Below are positions 12,001 to 21,152 of a DNA stretch of 64,000 nt, in pieces (position 1 is the first letter of the stretch; each line of letters begins with the position of its first letter). The notes beneath the pieces were generated by a model, which worked only from the letters and a program-made list of their open reading frames with translations, searched no databases and was not told the origin of the DNA. Where the stretch lies: sequence record OR670491.1. One strand, written 5' to 3'. The position numbers and the translations under genes are program-made.

Positions 12001-12541
12001 CATTGATATCAATACGCTTAACTGGGTTACCAAATTGGTTAGTACTGACGAATGAGCTATTCATTACAAGAATAAAGTTCTCATACCAGTTTGAGTCCAT
12101 TGGGTCATTCCAACGGATGATTTTATCTTTTAATGATTCGTTAAAACTGTTACGTACATCTTGGTTAGTTTTGATTTCAGTTAGTTTTGCTGTTGCACGA
12201 CCTGGATATGAACGGCGTGGAGAATAAGAAATCATTTTAGCAAGTTTTAGTACGGATGCACGACGAGTTGCAGTGTCTAGGAAGTTTTCACGTGTATTAA
12301 GATCCATACGAAACGCTAAGTTCTGCCCCAGCATAGATATTGTATCTAGAATAAAAATAAACTGGTCGTTCTCAATCCAGTCGTTGAAAGAATCTGGATA
12401 TGTAGTACGGAGATAGTCTATCATACTTTGACGAATGGTATCGTAATCAAATGCCGTGAGATTAATTTTATAGAAACTTTCATACACTTGAGTCCAATCC
12501 TCACCACTATATAAATTAGACTGTCTTTTTTGTTGTGACAT
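9080..12541 (-). CDS. gp6: Baseplate wedge subunit, T4 gp6-like (1153 aa)
   Basis: N-terminal DYDTIRQSMIDYLR...LAFRMDLNTRENFLDTATRRASVLKLAKMISYSPRR, and QNRFVNGEDY, are typical of gp6/baseplate J family; next to gp25 and gp5 homologues. Confidence 0.8.
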   Translation of the reverse strand: MSQQKRQSNLYSGEDWTQVYESFYKINLTAFDYDTIRQSMIDYLRTTYPDSFNDWIENDQFIFILDTISMLGQNLAFRMDLNTRENFLDTATRRASVLKLAKMISYSPRRSYPGRATAKLTEIKTNQDVRNSFNESLKDKIIRWNDPMDSNWYENFILVMNSSFVSTNQFGNPVKRIDINGVSRQLYRMNTLPMTAPSMPFSATVNGESMTFEVVNPDITSVGVEERHPEPQEQKYIVYQNDGNGFSSPNTGFFVYFVQGTLTYQDYQYNVREENRIQDVNVDNINEIDVWVQEINEDGIVRTKWTKVPSMESIAYNSVDRQLKTIFAITTRDNDQITIKFPDSRSGVVPRGTFRVWYRVSNGETYNIKTSEIQNKSVKYNYRTKSQSNYESSTLDVRFTLQYESDRAQSAETIEQIKARAPQMYYTQNRFVNGEDYNIAPLSLGNTVLKSKAINRIYSGQSRFIDINDPTGKYQNTDVFSDDGSMYKENNTFNTSLLLPTTKTNASIAVDNIQPLIGENAVIQRYQAYPANTVGIEVQQKWSPEYNSNYATNTYGRILGASGTVYGNYEVGTLIKFANTGITVWASIVNVLDNGYYVLSTSISSTMQAQSYILPYRTRFNSVEVQAIASMLDKKTDFVIIHDNATTSWVPIEISTNEETVQYNGVTTQVVVNVKYTAETWEFNANGVEYIFVGGDKVRFYFVSSKKITDISSGTVQSDKIEILSSNTTSSSNAGLSSNIDFQIYDTIQQENGYLDGSRVVITSKTVDSNGIPLEPNKFNEIVPTWTGEDALKYGGILVFQENDDFTISVLSLPNDTFTLLDTSWAYTVDQALLETNSYKRHEFQRNNEIRSTTLSGLYSKGSGFLVAFKVDGKYYFIEQTVGNNNDRLNQLISNMTTSDDASAVSPEVAFYRALNNMGTAVDDDQKLDYYGYIDVTSQYTVKTDARTSVDFHWKHYAPDDNRIDPSRTNLIDMYVLTNSYKTEVDVWLKNGATSSLPKPPTSVELKDIFKEVEEKIVISDSIIWHSAEYLPLFGNSAVEDYQADFKVVKLPNSTMSDDEVRQNVISLTNEYFNVDNWDFGESFYYTDLCTYIHSQLGRHISTIVIVAKNPNSKFGSLFEIPSRSDQIFLSTASVDNVQIVNSLAKSNINIGS

Positions 12542-12545
12542 TGTA

Positions 12546-13310
12546 TTAATCCTTTAATATTATGTTAAAATTATCATAAAAGTACCTTTTTAGTACTGAG
12601 ATATGATCCTCATTGTATTTTATACGAAGCAAGTTAATATCATGTTCAGTACAGTACGCGTTTTTAATTTTATCATTGTGTTGAGTTTGTTTTAGTGATT
12701 CATCTCCACCCCAATGTTCTGAACATTGAAAATGCTGTTCACCATCATATTCAATACACAAATTCAAATCTTCAATATAAAAATCAAATGGTAAAGTGAA
12801 TACGTTTCGACAATCAGAAAAACGCTTTTCTTTTACATACTTCATAAAAGATAACATTTTTTCTATATCTGTTACAGCTTTTGATTGAGTTGATTCCATC
12901 ATACACTGCTCACAACCATGCCTACTAGCCAAATGATTATCAGGTCTTTGTAAAAATGACCCATGTATGGGGCATATTATGGATATATGTGTTTTGTTGT
13001 TAATATACTCCGCAGTATTGTAATCAAATTTGTTTTTAAACTTCAAATTAGCTTTTTCACGAAAATTTATAAAGTTTTTTGGACTTTTTTGACGGTTTGC
13101 ATTATATTCTTTTGAACATTTCATGCAACCTTTACCACTAGTATGATCGTTTGGTCTTTGAAGAAAAAAACCATGCTTTTCACACCCAATCCATACCTTT
13201 GTTTTTGCATTATGGTATTTAACCATACTATAATCATATCTAATTCCATGAACTCGTATTGCATTGGTCACAAATTTGTCTTTCGTTGATCTTGTGGTTG
13301 CATATTTCAT
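12546..13310 (-). mobile_element. Free-standing homing endonuclease: two Cys/His DNA-binding repeats plus a C-terminal PD-(D/E)xK/Vsr-like nuclease
   Basis: Repeats CEKHGFFLQRPNDHTSGKGCMKC and CPIHGSFLQRPDNHLASRHGCEQC; C-terminal LPFDFYIEDLNLCIEYDGEQHF; very AT-rich; own ATAAATA promoter at 13337-13343; sits between gp25 and gp6. Confidence 0.8.
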
Positions 13311-13345
13311 ATATCACTCCATGAATTATATAGAAATATTTATCC

Positions 13346-13375
13346 AAAAAGAAAAGCACTCATGAGAGTGCTTTT
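13346..13375 (-). terminator. Intrinsic terminator after gp25-like gene
   Basis: AAAAGCACTC-ATGA-GAGTGCTTTT perfect hairpin with an A-run on its left (T-run on the minus strand). Confidence 0.65.
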
Positions 13376-13379
13376 GATA

Positions 13380-13775
13380 TTATACAGAAGATACTGAATA
13401 AGTAGCCATTCTATTATTACTTCTAGCATCAAACACAATAGTTAGTTCTTCCAATGTTTCCAGAACCACATAACCAAGTAAAATGCTCATCTGATATCCA
13501 TACTCAATTCTGGAAATTTGAAGTTCTTTTAATTCAAGACGTGGATCTAATCCAATTATTCTTCGGGCATCAGCTTCAAGAAGGTTGATTGTATTGTAAC
13601 CATCCAGTTCGAATAGTAAATCCCATGCAATAAACCCGTAGTCAGCATCAAATGCCCTTTCGCCTTTCTTTGTATTAAAATGATTAATAAGGTCTTGACG
13701 TACCAATTCACTATCGTATAATGTTTGTGTTTTCCCTACTACTGGAGTAGAGAATCCTTTAAAAACTATAGCCAT
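13380..13775 (-). CDS. gp25: Baseplate wedge subunit, gp25-like
   Basis: LVRQDLINHFNTKKGERAFDADYG...DPRL matches the gp25/GPW family pattern (KGER..P.YG). Confidence 0.85.
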   Translation of the reverse strand: MAIVFKGFSTPVVGKTQTLYDSELVRQDLINHFNTKKGERAFDADYGFIAWDLLFELDGYNTINLLEADARRIIGLDPRLELKELQISRIEYGYQMSILLGYVVLETLEELTIVFDARSNNRMATYSVSSV

Positions 13776-13788
13776 AGTGATTCCTTAA

Positions 13789-14277
13789 TTAGACGGACTC
13801 GACAATACGTGCCATTTGTTCCGCTCTGGATGTGGTTTGCTTATACCATGTACTATCACGCATTTCTTTACCAGCAGTTTTATAATCACCACGACCGAGA
13901 GCAGCCATAGCTTTTTTGAAGTTTAAAACTTTTGATTTGCCCATTTGGAAAACCATCAACCACAATACACGTTGTACTTTAACTGGTGCGGTCATACCGA
14001 ATTGGTCATAAATTGATTTAGCGTCATTGTACGCGGATTGAGCATCTTTAATTAATAGAGCATCAGCTTCTGCTTCGGTTAGACCAGATTTGAAATTTTC
14101 ACCAGGACGAACCAAGTGACCATAACCAATTGTATCTAAACCGAGGCTGTCTTTATACACCCAAAATTTGTCATTCTTAAAATAACCCAATTTCTTTTGA
14201 TAAGCAATTGTACCTTCAAATTCTTTAACTTCTTTGAAAAATTGCTCGTCTGTGTTTTTAATTTCCCATTTACTCAT
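13789..14277 (-). CDS. T4-type lysozyme (GH24-like), stand-alone paralogue of the gp5 C-terminal domain
   Basis: E-F-E-G ... YKDSLGLDTIGYGHL catalytic E/D/T arrangement; MVFQMG; STWYKQTTSRA as in T4 lysozyme; TATAAATA promoter at 14295-14302. Confidence 0.85.
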   Translation of the reverse strand: MSKWEIKNTDEQFFKEVKEFEGTIAYQKKLGYFKNDKFWVYKDSLGLDTIGYGHLVRPGENFKSGLTEAEADALLIKDAQSAYNDAKSIYDQFGMTAPVKVQRVLWLMVFQMGKSKVLNFKKAMAALGRGDYKTAGKEMRDSTWYKQTTSRAEQMARIVESV

Positions 14278-14315
14278 AAAGATTTCCTCTTAATTATTTA
14301 TAGAAGTAAAAATAT

Positions 14316-16979
14316 TTATTGGCAAGCCTCAATTCGACGTGCCATTAATTCTGCACGACGTGTGGTTTGTCTGTACCAAGCAGAGTTACGGATTTGTGCA
14401 GCAGCTTGCTTGTAATCACCTTTAGCTAGACAACTAAGCATAGTTTTAAATTTAAGAACACCACCTTTACCCATCTGGAATACCATTTGACATAGAACTT
14501 GCTGTGCCATATATGGCGTTTTCATGTTATAAGATGCATAAATTGATTTAGCATCATTAATCGCTTTAGTACTGTCCCTTACAAGCATATCGTTTGCTTC
14601 TTGTTCAGTAATGCCGCCGCTGAAATTTTCACCGCTGATAATCAAGTGTCCATAACCTATAGTTGGGAATCCACGACTATCTATATATCTCCAGAATTTA
14701 CCATTACGGAAATATCCTTTCGCTGCTTGATATTGTTGAGTACCTTCATATTCTTTCAATTCAGATGTAAATTGAGCATCACCAGGTACAACTTTCCAAT
14801 CAATTGCCGTTTTATCAACGGTTCCAACATTATATGATTCTTGCTGTGATGCAGCAGGAGCAGAAGTAGTTCGTTGTGTTCTTCTACGTCTAGGAACATG
14901 ACGAGAACCACGTTGTGAATAACCCGTACCGATAGTTTTGATTTTAGTTGATACAACCAATTCATCACTATCAACTGAAGGTTGAACTACTGCTTTTGGT
15001 GCGGCTTGGTTTGTTGCCTGACCTGCAATTAAGGTTTTATTTGCTGCATCAGAACCAGTACCAGTTTGTGAAGCATAGAATAACCCTGGGTCAACAGAAC
15101 CACTGAAACCGTACACACTTGATGATGTAACACGAATCTCAAACATAATGACACCATTTGCTGTACCGATTTTTTGTCCTTTTTGTACAACATCTTTATT
15201 CATCAAATCAGATTTGATATTAAAGAATACAGATTTGTATCCAGACTTATGCTGAATCAACAGTCCACCATTGGTTGCTGCGACAACACCGCCATCAGGG
15301 GCAACAATATCACCTCTGCATTGGATTTCCCAACCACTACTATCAACTTTACCACCACCTGCGACTGGTACGTTTTTACCCCAGTAACCATTCTGACGAA
15401 TAGTACCGCTACATGGCATAAACATATGCAAACCTTCATATGTAATCGTATATCCGGTCATACCAGGATCAGAAGTCATTAAATCTTCGGATTGAACTGA
15501 TTCTGTTTCTTGTGTATAGTTAATAAATTGTACTGCTTCTGTATCTTGTGCTTCTGCTAGTTCAGGAGCTACGTCATTAGCTGGTTGTGGCTGTACTGGT
15601 GCAGTAGTTGATGATCTACCACCACCTTGATATGGAGGCTCAACAGTACTTCCATGATTTTCTGCATCAACCCAGTTAGAAATGTTATGAATATGGTCAT
15701 TTAATCCAGCAGAAGGTGTTTTAAAATCAGGAGCAGAGAACATTGCAGTACCAGTATTACCTGCACTATCAACAGTTAAGTTCTGACCACCACCACTGAT
15801 GTTTACAGATGAACCACCTATTACGTTTGCACTGCTTGAACCTTTAATAGATGCAGATGAGCCAGCAGTGATATCAGTACTGCTACCACTTTGTAAACGT
15901 AGAGAAGCGGCTGTTACTAGACGTAAATCTGCACCAGAGTTCAATACAATTTGACCACCTACTTTTGCATCCAAATTACCAATTAAATCTAATTTAGTTT
16001 TACCACCAATTCGGGCATTTAGGTCTTGTCCACTCTCTATATTATAAGAACGTCCTGCAACCATGTTAATATCTTGACCAGCACGAATGTTAATGTTCTT
16101 ATCACAGTGCATGTCAATATCACCGTCACCTGAGAATCTAATACGTGCAGTACCGTCACGGTTAATCAATAGAACGTCTCCAGTGGCTTCAGAAAGCAAC
16201 AATTGAGCACCACTGCGTGTCTTTATGACTACACCTTCATTCTTACGAGAACCAACTCTGGTGTCGTTTACGGGGTTATTAAATTGTGTATCCTGGTAAC
16301 CATCTGGATCATCATCCCAAGATGGAGCAGTTAATTCTTCTTCAGTGTATCCATCATCAATAATAAAACTATTCCCGCGTGGTGATGACATACCATAGAC
16401 AGTACTGGTAGTTTGTCGAGTACTGCTGCGGTTTGCTACGCCTGCTTCTTCATCATATAGCAAGTTTTGCTTTTTAAGACCTGCGATGATAGGCACGTTT
16501 GCATATTTTTCTTGTGTAGTTGATGAAAGTGTGTTACGGTCATAGTCAGTTACTGGTAATGGCATATCAGTACCACCATAGTTACTTACTTCGGTAGCCA
16601 TACCAGGAACCATAGTGTTCATTCGTTGATCATAAACACACCCAATCCAGTATGCTTGGAATGTACGAGCCTGTGCAAATATAACAACCACAGTACAACC
16701 AACATCTGGAGGTACAGCCCAAAAACCATACCCTTTAGGGAACTGACCATAAGCTTCCGCACTTGGAATGCCTGGTGTTTTCCCTGCGAATGGAGACATG
16801 TAAGATGCTTCAATCCATGACTCCTTCGAGTTCTTGTCACTTTGTGAACCCTGAATCCATACTTTCAGTTTTCCTGATTTGGTAGGGTCACGGTTATCCA
16901 TTACTGTTGCCAGTTGTGGATAAGAAGGGTCGAAACGACCCAACTGTTGTTGTGCATACTTCTTACTAGTATCTGCCAT
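14316..16979 (-). CDS. gp5: Baseplate hub/tail spike with C-terminal lysozyme, gp5/VgrG-like
   Basis: N-terminal OB fold (DPTKSGKLKVWIQG...GFWAVPPDVG), beta-helix-like Gly/Ser/Thr repeats, a degenerate M23-like segment and a C-terminal lysozyme (YIDSRGFPTIGYGHL). Confidence 0.85.
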   Translation of the reverse strand: MADTSKKYAQQQLGRFDPSYPQLATVMDNRDPTKSGKLKVWIQGSQSDKNSKESWIEASYMSPFAGKTPGIPSAEAYGQFPKGYGFWAVPPDVGCTVVVIFAQARTFQAYWIGCVYDQRMNTMVPGMATEVSNYGGTDMPLPVTDYDRNTLSSTTQEKYANVPIIAGLKKQNLLYDEEAGVANRSSTRQTTSTVYGMSSPRGNSFIIDDGYTEEELTAPSWDDDPDGYQDTQFNNPVNDTRVGSRKNEGVVIKTRSGAQLLLSEATGDVLLINRDGTARIRFSGDGDIDMHCDKNINIRAGQDINMVAGRSYNIESGQDLNARIGGKTKLDLIGNLDAKVGGQIVLNSGADLRLVTAASLRLQSGSSTDITAGSSASIKGSSSANVIGGSSVNISGGGQNLTVDSAGNTGTAMFSAPDFKTPSAGLNDHIHNISNWVDAENHGSTVEPPYQGGGRSSTTAPVQPQPANDVAPELAEAQDTEAVQFINYTQETESVQSEDLMTSDPGMTGYTITYEGLHMFMPCSGTIRQNGYWGKNVPVAGGGKVDSSGWEIQCRGDIVAPDGGVVAATNGGLLIQHKSGYKSVFFNIKSDLMNKDVVQKGQKIGTANGVIMFEIRVTSSSVYGFSGSVDPGLFYASQTGTGSDAANKTLIAGQATNQAAPKAVVQPSVDSDELVVSTKIKTIGTGYSQRGSRHVPRRRRTQRTTSAPAASQQESYNVGTVDKTAIDWKVVPGDAQFTSELKEYEGTQQYQAAKGYFRNGKFWRYIDSRGFPTIGYGHLIISGENFSGGITEQEANDMLVRDSTKAINDAKSIYASYNMKTPYMAQQVLCQMVFQMGKGGVLKFKTMLSCLAKGDYKQAAAQIRNSAWYRQTTRRAELMARRIEACQ

Positions 16980-16990
16980 TTTAAATTTCC

Positions 16991-19129
16991 TTATTCGATT
17001 ATACTATCATGTCGCTTCAATGCACGAATAACGATAGCGGCTTGTATTTGTTGTGTGAAAGAGCCACCTGCACCAAAATCATGAACAATCTTATTAATTC
17101 GATAGATAGTTTGGTTAAATGTAGTTGGAGTTGTGATATCCAATACACCAGTATTATCATTGATAGATACAACTGGTTGCAATTTCAATAAAAGATAAGC
17201 TTCGGATGTTATATAGTTTGCAACGTGGTAATCTTCTGGATTTATTTCCATATCTTCACCATTGATAACTTGTTCAAGATATTGGAGATAAGAATAGTCA
17301 CTCCAGCCAATCCAGAATGGGTCACCAACAACTTTCATATCTAATTTACACAAGAATGGTCTATTATAATAGTTGTCACGTATTTTACGTCTATCCATTT
17401 CATATGTGCTACTGTTATCGTTAAGAGATGCAGATAGTGTTGTTTCATTATTCGTTGCTTCGGTTGGCATAGTGAATATTTCACCATTTCTGTGACCAAT
17501 ACCATCAGTACCGGAGTCACTTGAATCATATGTAGTTACATAGTCTTCAATATAATCAGGTAATACGTTAACTTGATAGTTATTAAGTCTGTCTTGTTCA
17601 TCAGATGCACCAACTTGCATGATATTCTTAGCTGCGTTCTCAACTTTATCCAATAATTCCTGCTGTGCTTGTGTAATCATACCACCAACACTCTTAGTTG
17701 CACGAATATCCTTTGTTGCAGCCCATGCTTCGGGTATACTATTGTACTGAACACCTTGAATATTCAATTCTTGTGATGCGTGAGTGCCCTGATGGTTCGC
17801 TACATCTTGGATTGGGCCTGGGTTGCGAGTAGTTGCAACAAAAAATTGCTGATCGAACTTCAAGTCCAAATCCAATACTTCTGTGTTTAAACCAGAGAAT
17901 TGATAATTATAAGTTTTCATGTTTATTTTTGGTTTATTGTCATTTGGGTCAACATATTTCTCTGCGTTCTCAAAAAAGTACTCAAATGTGAAGTTTTCTG
18001 GTTGCAAATCGTTCTCATGAACGACATCACCAATTTTAAATCTCACAATATAGAAAACGACCTTATAAACTGATGTGTTACGATAATTATCGAACCCTAC
18101 ATATTGTTTAACCGGAATAATGTTAACAAATTGACGTACACTGGTACTTTCATCAGCCCTTACTGTGCATGTATCAATAACATCATCGATAATACGAGAT
18201 ATTGGTGTACTTGGGTTCCATGAGAAGTTTTTAGAACCCTGACTTCCACTCTTTGTCGCACCAGTTTCTGCCATTTGCTTTGAATCATAGTTAATTATCA
18301 AATCTTGTAGGTCTGGTGCGACTTTAAACTCAAAGAACTTACCTTCAGATAGTTCACTGAATTTATAACGCAAGTAACCGTATTGCTGATCAGCCATTTG
18401 ATTCAATTTGTCTTCAATATCAAAACAAAAATCACCAAAGTTCTCTGCTACACAGGTGAATGGTTCTTTTAAAGTCCATTCCACGTTATCTACAAGGGCC
18501 GCACGGTTGTGTACTAACGATAATGTGTACAGCATAGTACTTCCACTCTCAGATGCACTTGCTGCAACACTGTTAATCTTAACAGACCATTTACGGGTAG
18601 TGTCTGGAATTACTTCTGGACGACCATCAGCATTAAAACCTATAAATTTCAATTCTAATATCAAAGGTAAGTCCATAAATTTATGGTAACGTAATTTATT
18701 ACTTAAAGAAATTAGTTCATCATACAAACTCATACTATTGTTTTCAGATATCTTCATTACTGCGGTGTTGAAGCAGTAGTTAGTAGTCATGCCAGGTGTT
18801 GATGGTCCTGCTTGCGTCATCTGAACACTTGTGATATTATACTTACCAGTTACACCACTTTCCGATATAACATGACGTTGAACTTCAGCATTTGGCAAGA
18901 GCCAGAAGTTTTTGAAGTCATCTTTATCAAGTGCAAACAAAGAAAAGTGCCATGTTGGGTTGTCATACTTAAGAAGCTTGTTCTCATAAGGTATAACGAA
19001 CTCCGACAAGTCCAAATCTTCATACACTTGGTCAACACTAGTGTTTTGTTTAGGAAGTGATTGCAAATTACTTACTTGTGCTTTATAATTGTTCTTAAGG
19101 TTTGATGCCATACCTTTAATGTCTGCCAT
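16991..19129 (-). CDS. Probable baseplate hub protein (gp27/gpD-like position)
   Basis: 712 aa directly upstream of gp5; C-terminal LDMKVVGDPFWIG...YRINKIVHDFGAGGSFTQ resembles hub-family C-termini; assignment largely by synteny. Confidence 0.5.
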   Translation of the reverse strand: MADIKGMASNLKNNYKAQVSNLQSLPKQNTSVDQVYEDLDLSEFVIPYENKLLKYDNPTWHFSLFALDKDDFKNFWLLPNAEVQRHVISESGVTGKYNITSVQMTQAGPSTPGMTTNYCFNTAVMKISENNSMSLYDELISLSNKLRYHKFMDLPLILELKFIGFNADGRPEVIPDTTRKWSVKINSVAASASESGSTMLYTLSLVHNRAALVDNVEWTLKEPFTCVAENFGDFCFDIEDKLNQMADQQYGYLRYKFSELSEGKFFEFKVAPDLQDLIINYDSKQMAETGATKSGSQGSKNFSWNPSTPISRIIDDVIDTCTVRADESTSVRQFVNIIPVKQYVGFDNYRNTSVYKVVFYIVRFKIGDVVHENDLQPENFTFEYFFENAEKYVDPNDNKPKINMKTYNYQFSGLNTEVLDLDLKFDQQFFVATTRNPGPIQDVANHQGTHASQELNIQGVQYNSIPEAWAATKDIRATKSVGGMITQAQQELLDKVENAAKNIMQVGASDEQDRLNNYQVNVLPDYIEDYVTTYDSSDSGTDGIGHRNGEIFTMPTEATNNETTLSASLNDNSSTYEMDRRKIRDNYYNRPFLCKLDMKVVGDPFWIGWSDYSYLQYLEQVINGEDMEINPEDYHVANYITSEAYLLLKLQPVVSINDNTGVLDITTPTTFNQTIYRINKIVHDFGAGGSFTQQIQAAIVIRALKRHDSIIE

Positions 19130-19140
19130 AATTTACTCCG

Positions 19141-19455
19141 TTAACCTACGTTACGTGTACCATTTAAGAATGTTTGTACACGCTGACTTGATGGGATGCG
19201 AATTGATACTCCACTTTTGAAGTTGTAGATTGGGTCAGAACCCAAAATGTTGGGATTCAAAAGGGCAAAAACATAGTACAGGCGTTCGTTACCATACATT
19301 TCATATGCTAAACGCCAAGGTTGAAATTCATACTTAGGGGGAATTTCATAGATATCATCGGTATCTGCTGGAACAATATCTCGTGGTAGATTGTACCCTA
19401 GATACCAGGTTTGTTTCACCTTAGCATAAGGTGAATATTGACTATATGTTGACAT
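19141..19455 (-). CDS. Small baseplate protein, gp53/LysM-like
   Basis: YEFQPWRLAYEMYGNERLYYVFALLNP...IRIPS fits the gp53/tail-X LysM-like pattern. Confidence 0.6.
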   Translation of the reverse strand: MSTYSQYSPYAKVKQTWYLGYNLPRDIVPADTDDIYEIPPKYEFQPWRLAYEMYGNERLYYVFALLNPNILGSDPIYNFKSGVSIRIPSSQRVQTFLNGTRNVG

Positions 19456-20186
19456 TAAATAAATCCTCCATTGCGTAATAGTTCACCACGTTTAAATGAA
19501 TTCAAGTTGAATTTCTTCGTCATGAAATCAGACGTGGGTTGTTCTTCCAACTGAATAACAACTGAAATCTTTTGAGGAACCCATACTTCATCTTGTGGAT
19601 TCATATAGCCAGTACTTCTAAGTTGGTTGAAGAACTCACGACTATCTTTATCAGCTAAGTTGAAAGTACTGTTACTACTATCTAGTGGTACTTGAATATA
19701 CGATACATCGTTTGGGTATGTAAAGTTATAAGATTTCATAATTACAGGAATATCATTATATGTATAACGACCATAACCACTTAAAAGTAAAATTGGTGGT
19801 GGAGCACCAGGTATCGCCAGTTCAGGGTTGTTGGCGGCAGCAGCCTGACGACCAAAATCCATCAACGATACTGAACGGATGAAGTGCATACATGCTAGTG
19901 TATAAAGTGCTTCAGCCGCAGTATTTGCATAGAATTCACCTTGGATAGTGAAGACTGTGTTTGTTGTGTTTTTGTAGTTGTTATAGTTACTGTTTGTGTG
20001 TATAGGCGACTGTGTTTCATATTGCACAGATCTTTGTTCGGAAATTGTAGGTGTTACAGTCCAGACAAGACCATTAGTTGGACGCAGAAACGACAGTAAT
20101 GTAGGTTCAGCACTATTGCCAAAATCACCATATACGTAATTAGCACCTGCGGTTTTAGGTCTTAATCGAATTCTACGATCAATCAT
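19455..20186 (-). CDS. Baseplate/tail-tube initiator-like protein
   Basis: GAPPPILLLSGYG...NDIPVIMKSYNFTYPNDVSY pattern of tube-initiator-like proteins; first gene of the baseplate operon, after TATAAATA at 20219-20226. Confidence 0.5.
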   Translation of the reverse strand: MIDRRIRLRPKTAGANYVYGDFGNSAEPTLLSFLRPTNGLVWTVTPTISEQRSVQYETQSPIHTNSNYNNYKNTTNTVFTIQGEFYANTAAEALYTLACMHFIRSVSLMDFGRQAAAANNPELAIPGAPPPILLLSGYGRYTYNDIPVIMKSYNFTYPNDVSYIQVPLDSSNSTFNLADKDSREFFNQLRSTGYMNPQDEVWVPQKISVVIQLEEQPTSDFMTKKFNLNSFKRGELLRNGGFI

Positions 20187-20218
20187 TTTGATTCTCCATT
20201 ATAAGGGAACATTTGATG

Positions 20219-20226
20219 TATTTATA
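20219..20226 (-). promoter_or_regulatory. Late promoter TATAAATA for the baseplate operon
   Basis: Exact T4 gp55 late consensus 32 nt upstream of the ATG at 20186. Confidence 0.7.
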
Positions 20227-20228
20227 CG

Positions 20229-20257
20229 TGGAACAAAGTTGATTTTGGTGCTATAAT
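20229..20257 (+). promoter_or_regulatory. Early/middle-type promoter TGGAAC-N14-TGCTATAAT
   Basis: Same geometry as seven other sites in the window; upstream of the gp55-47-46 operon. Confidence 0.7.
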
Positions 20258-20312
20258 AACATTGATGGTACAAGGATTGTGCCAATTGGTTTCAAAACAT
20301 GGAGAGTTAATA

Positions 20313-21152
20313 ATGTCAATTAAACCCAAGCGTAAAAAGTATCTCAACAATGCTGATTTGCTTAGAGAAATTCAGAAAAGTAAAATGTCATATTGCTGGT
20401 TGTTAGACAAAAGCTACAGTATGTACGATTACATTGTTTTTGATGAATCTGAAATTACAGCAGAAATGTTGGATAAAGCTAAAGCTGCTCGTATCAAACG
20501 TCTTAACAATGAGATGCTTGATGCAGTACGTGAAAAAGAGGGTATGAGTGCTAAGAAAGCGAAGGAATACGCAGAAGCAAACAATTTAGTACTCACTGAT
20601 GTAGCCATTGATGAAGTTGTTATTCGTGTCATCACTGATGAACATATCCAACCGGATACACGAGTGAATTTTGAACCTTTTAAACATTACATTGTTGATG
20701 AAGAAGGTATCCTGTATGAAGTTGCTCGCTCTCACTGGAAAGGTGATTTAGAAGAAGGTGAGTTCTGCTTGACACATGGCAAAATCACAAATGAACTAGG
20801 TAAGATGTTCATCAAACTAGCAGAAGAAATCTCTCACAAATCAAACTATCGTAACTATACGTATCTTGATGAAATGATGGGTGATGCTAGAATACAATTA
20901 GTTAAAAACGCACTACTCTTTAAAGAGAGTATTCTTTATAAGAAAGATAAACCAGCAGTACAGTTGAATCCTTTCTCATATTATACTTCGTTTGTCAACA
21001 ACAGTTTCAGGTCAATCCTGAACAGTGAGAAGAATGTACGTAACATCCGTGATGATCTTCTTGAGATGCATGGTTTTACACCTTCCCATACACGACAAAT
21101 TGAAATTGAAATGAATATGATTGAAAGGAAGAACGAAGATGGCTCTATTTGA
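20313..21152 (+). CDS. gp55: Late transcription sigma factor, gp55-like
   Basis: YLNNADLL..., NYRNYTYLDEMMGDA, NPFSYYTSFVNNSF are gp55 hallmarks. Start moved to MSIKPK (GGAG RBS). The cognate TATAAATA motif occurs throughout the window. Confidence 0.8.
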   Translation: MSIKPKRKKYLNNADLLREIQKSKMSYCWLLDKSYSMYDYIVFDESEITAEMLDKAKAARIKRLNNEMLDAVREKEGMSAKKAKEYAEANNLVLTDVAIDEVVIRVITDEHIQPDTRVNFEPFKHYIVDEEGILYEVARSHWKGDLEEGEFCLTHGKITNELGKMFIKLAEEISHKSNYRNYTYLDEMMGDARIQLVKNALLFKESILYKKDKPAVQLNPFSYYTSFVNNSFRSILNSEKNVRNIRDDLLEMHGFTPSHTRQIEIEMNMIERKNEDGSI

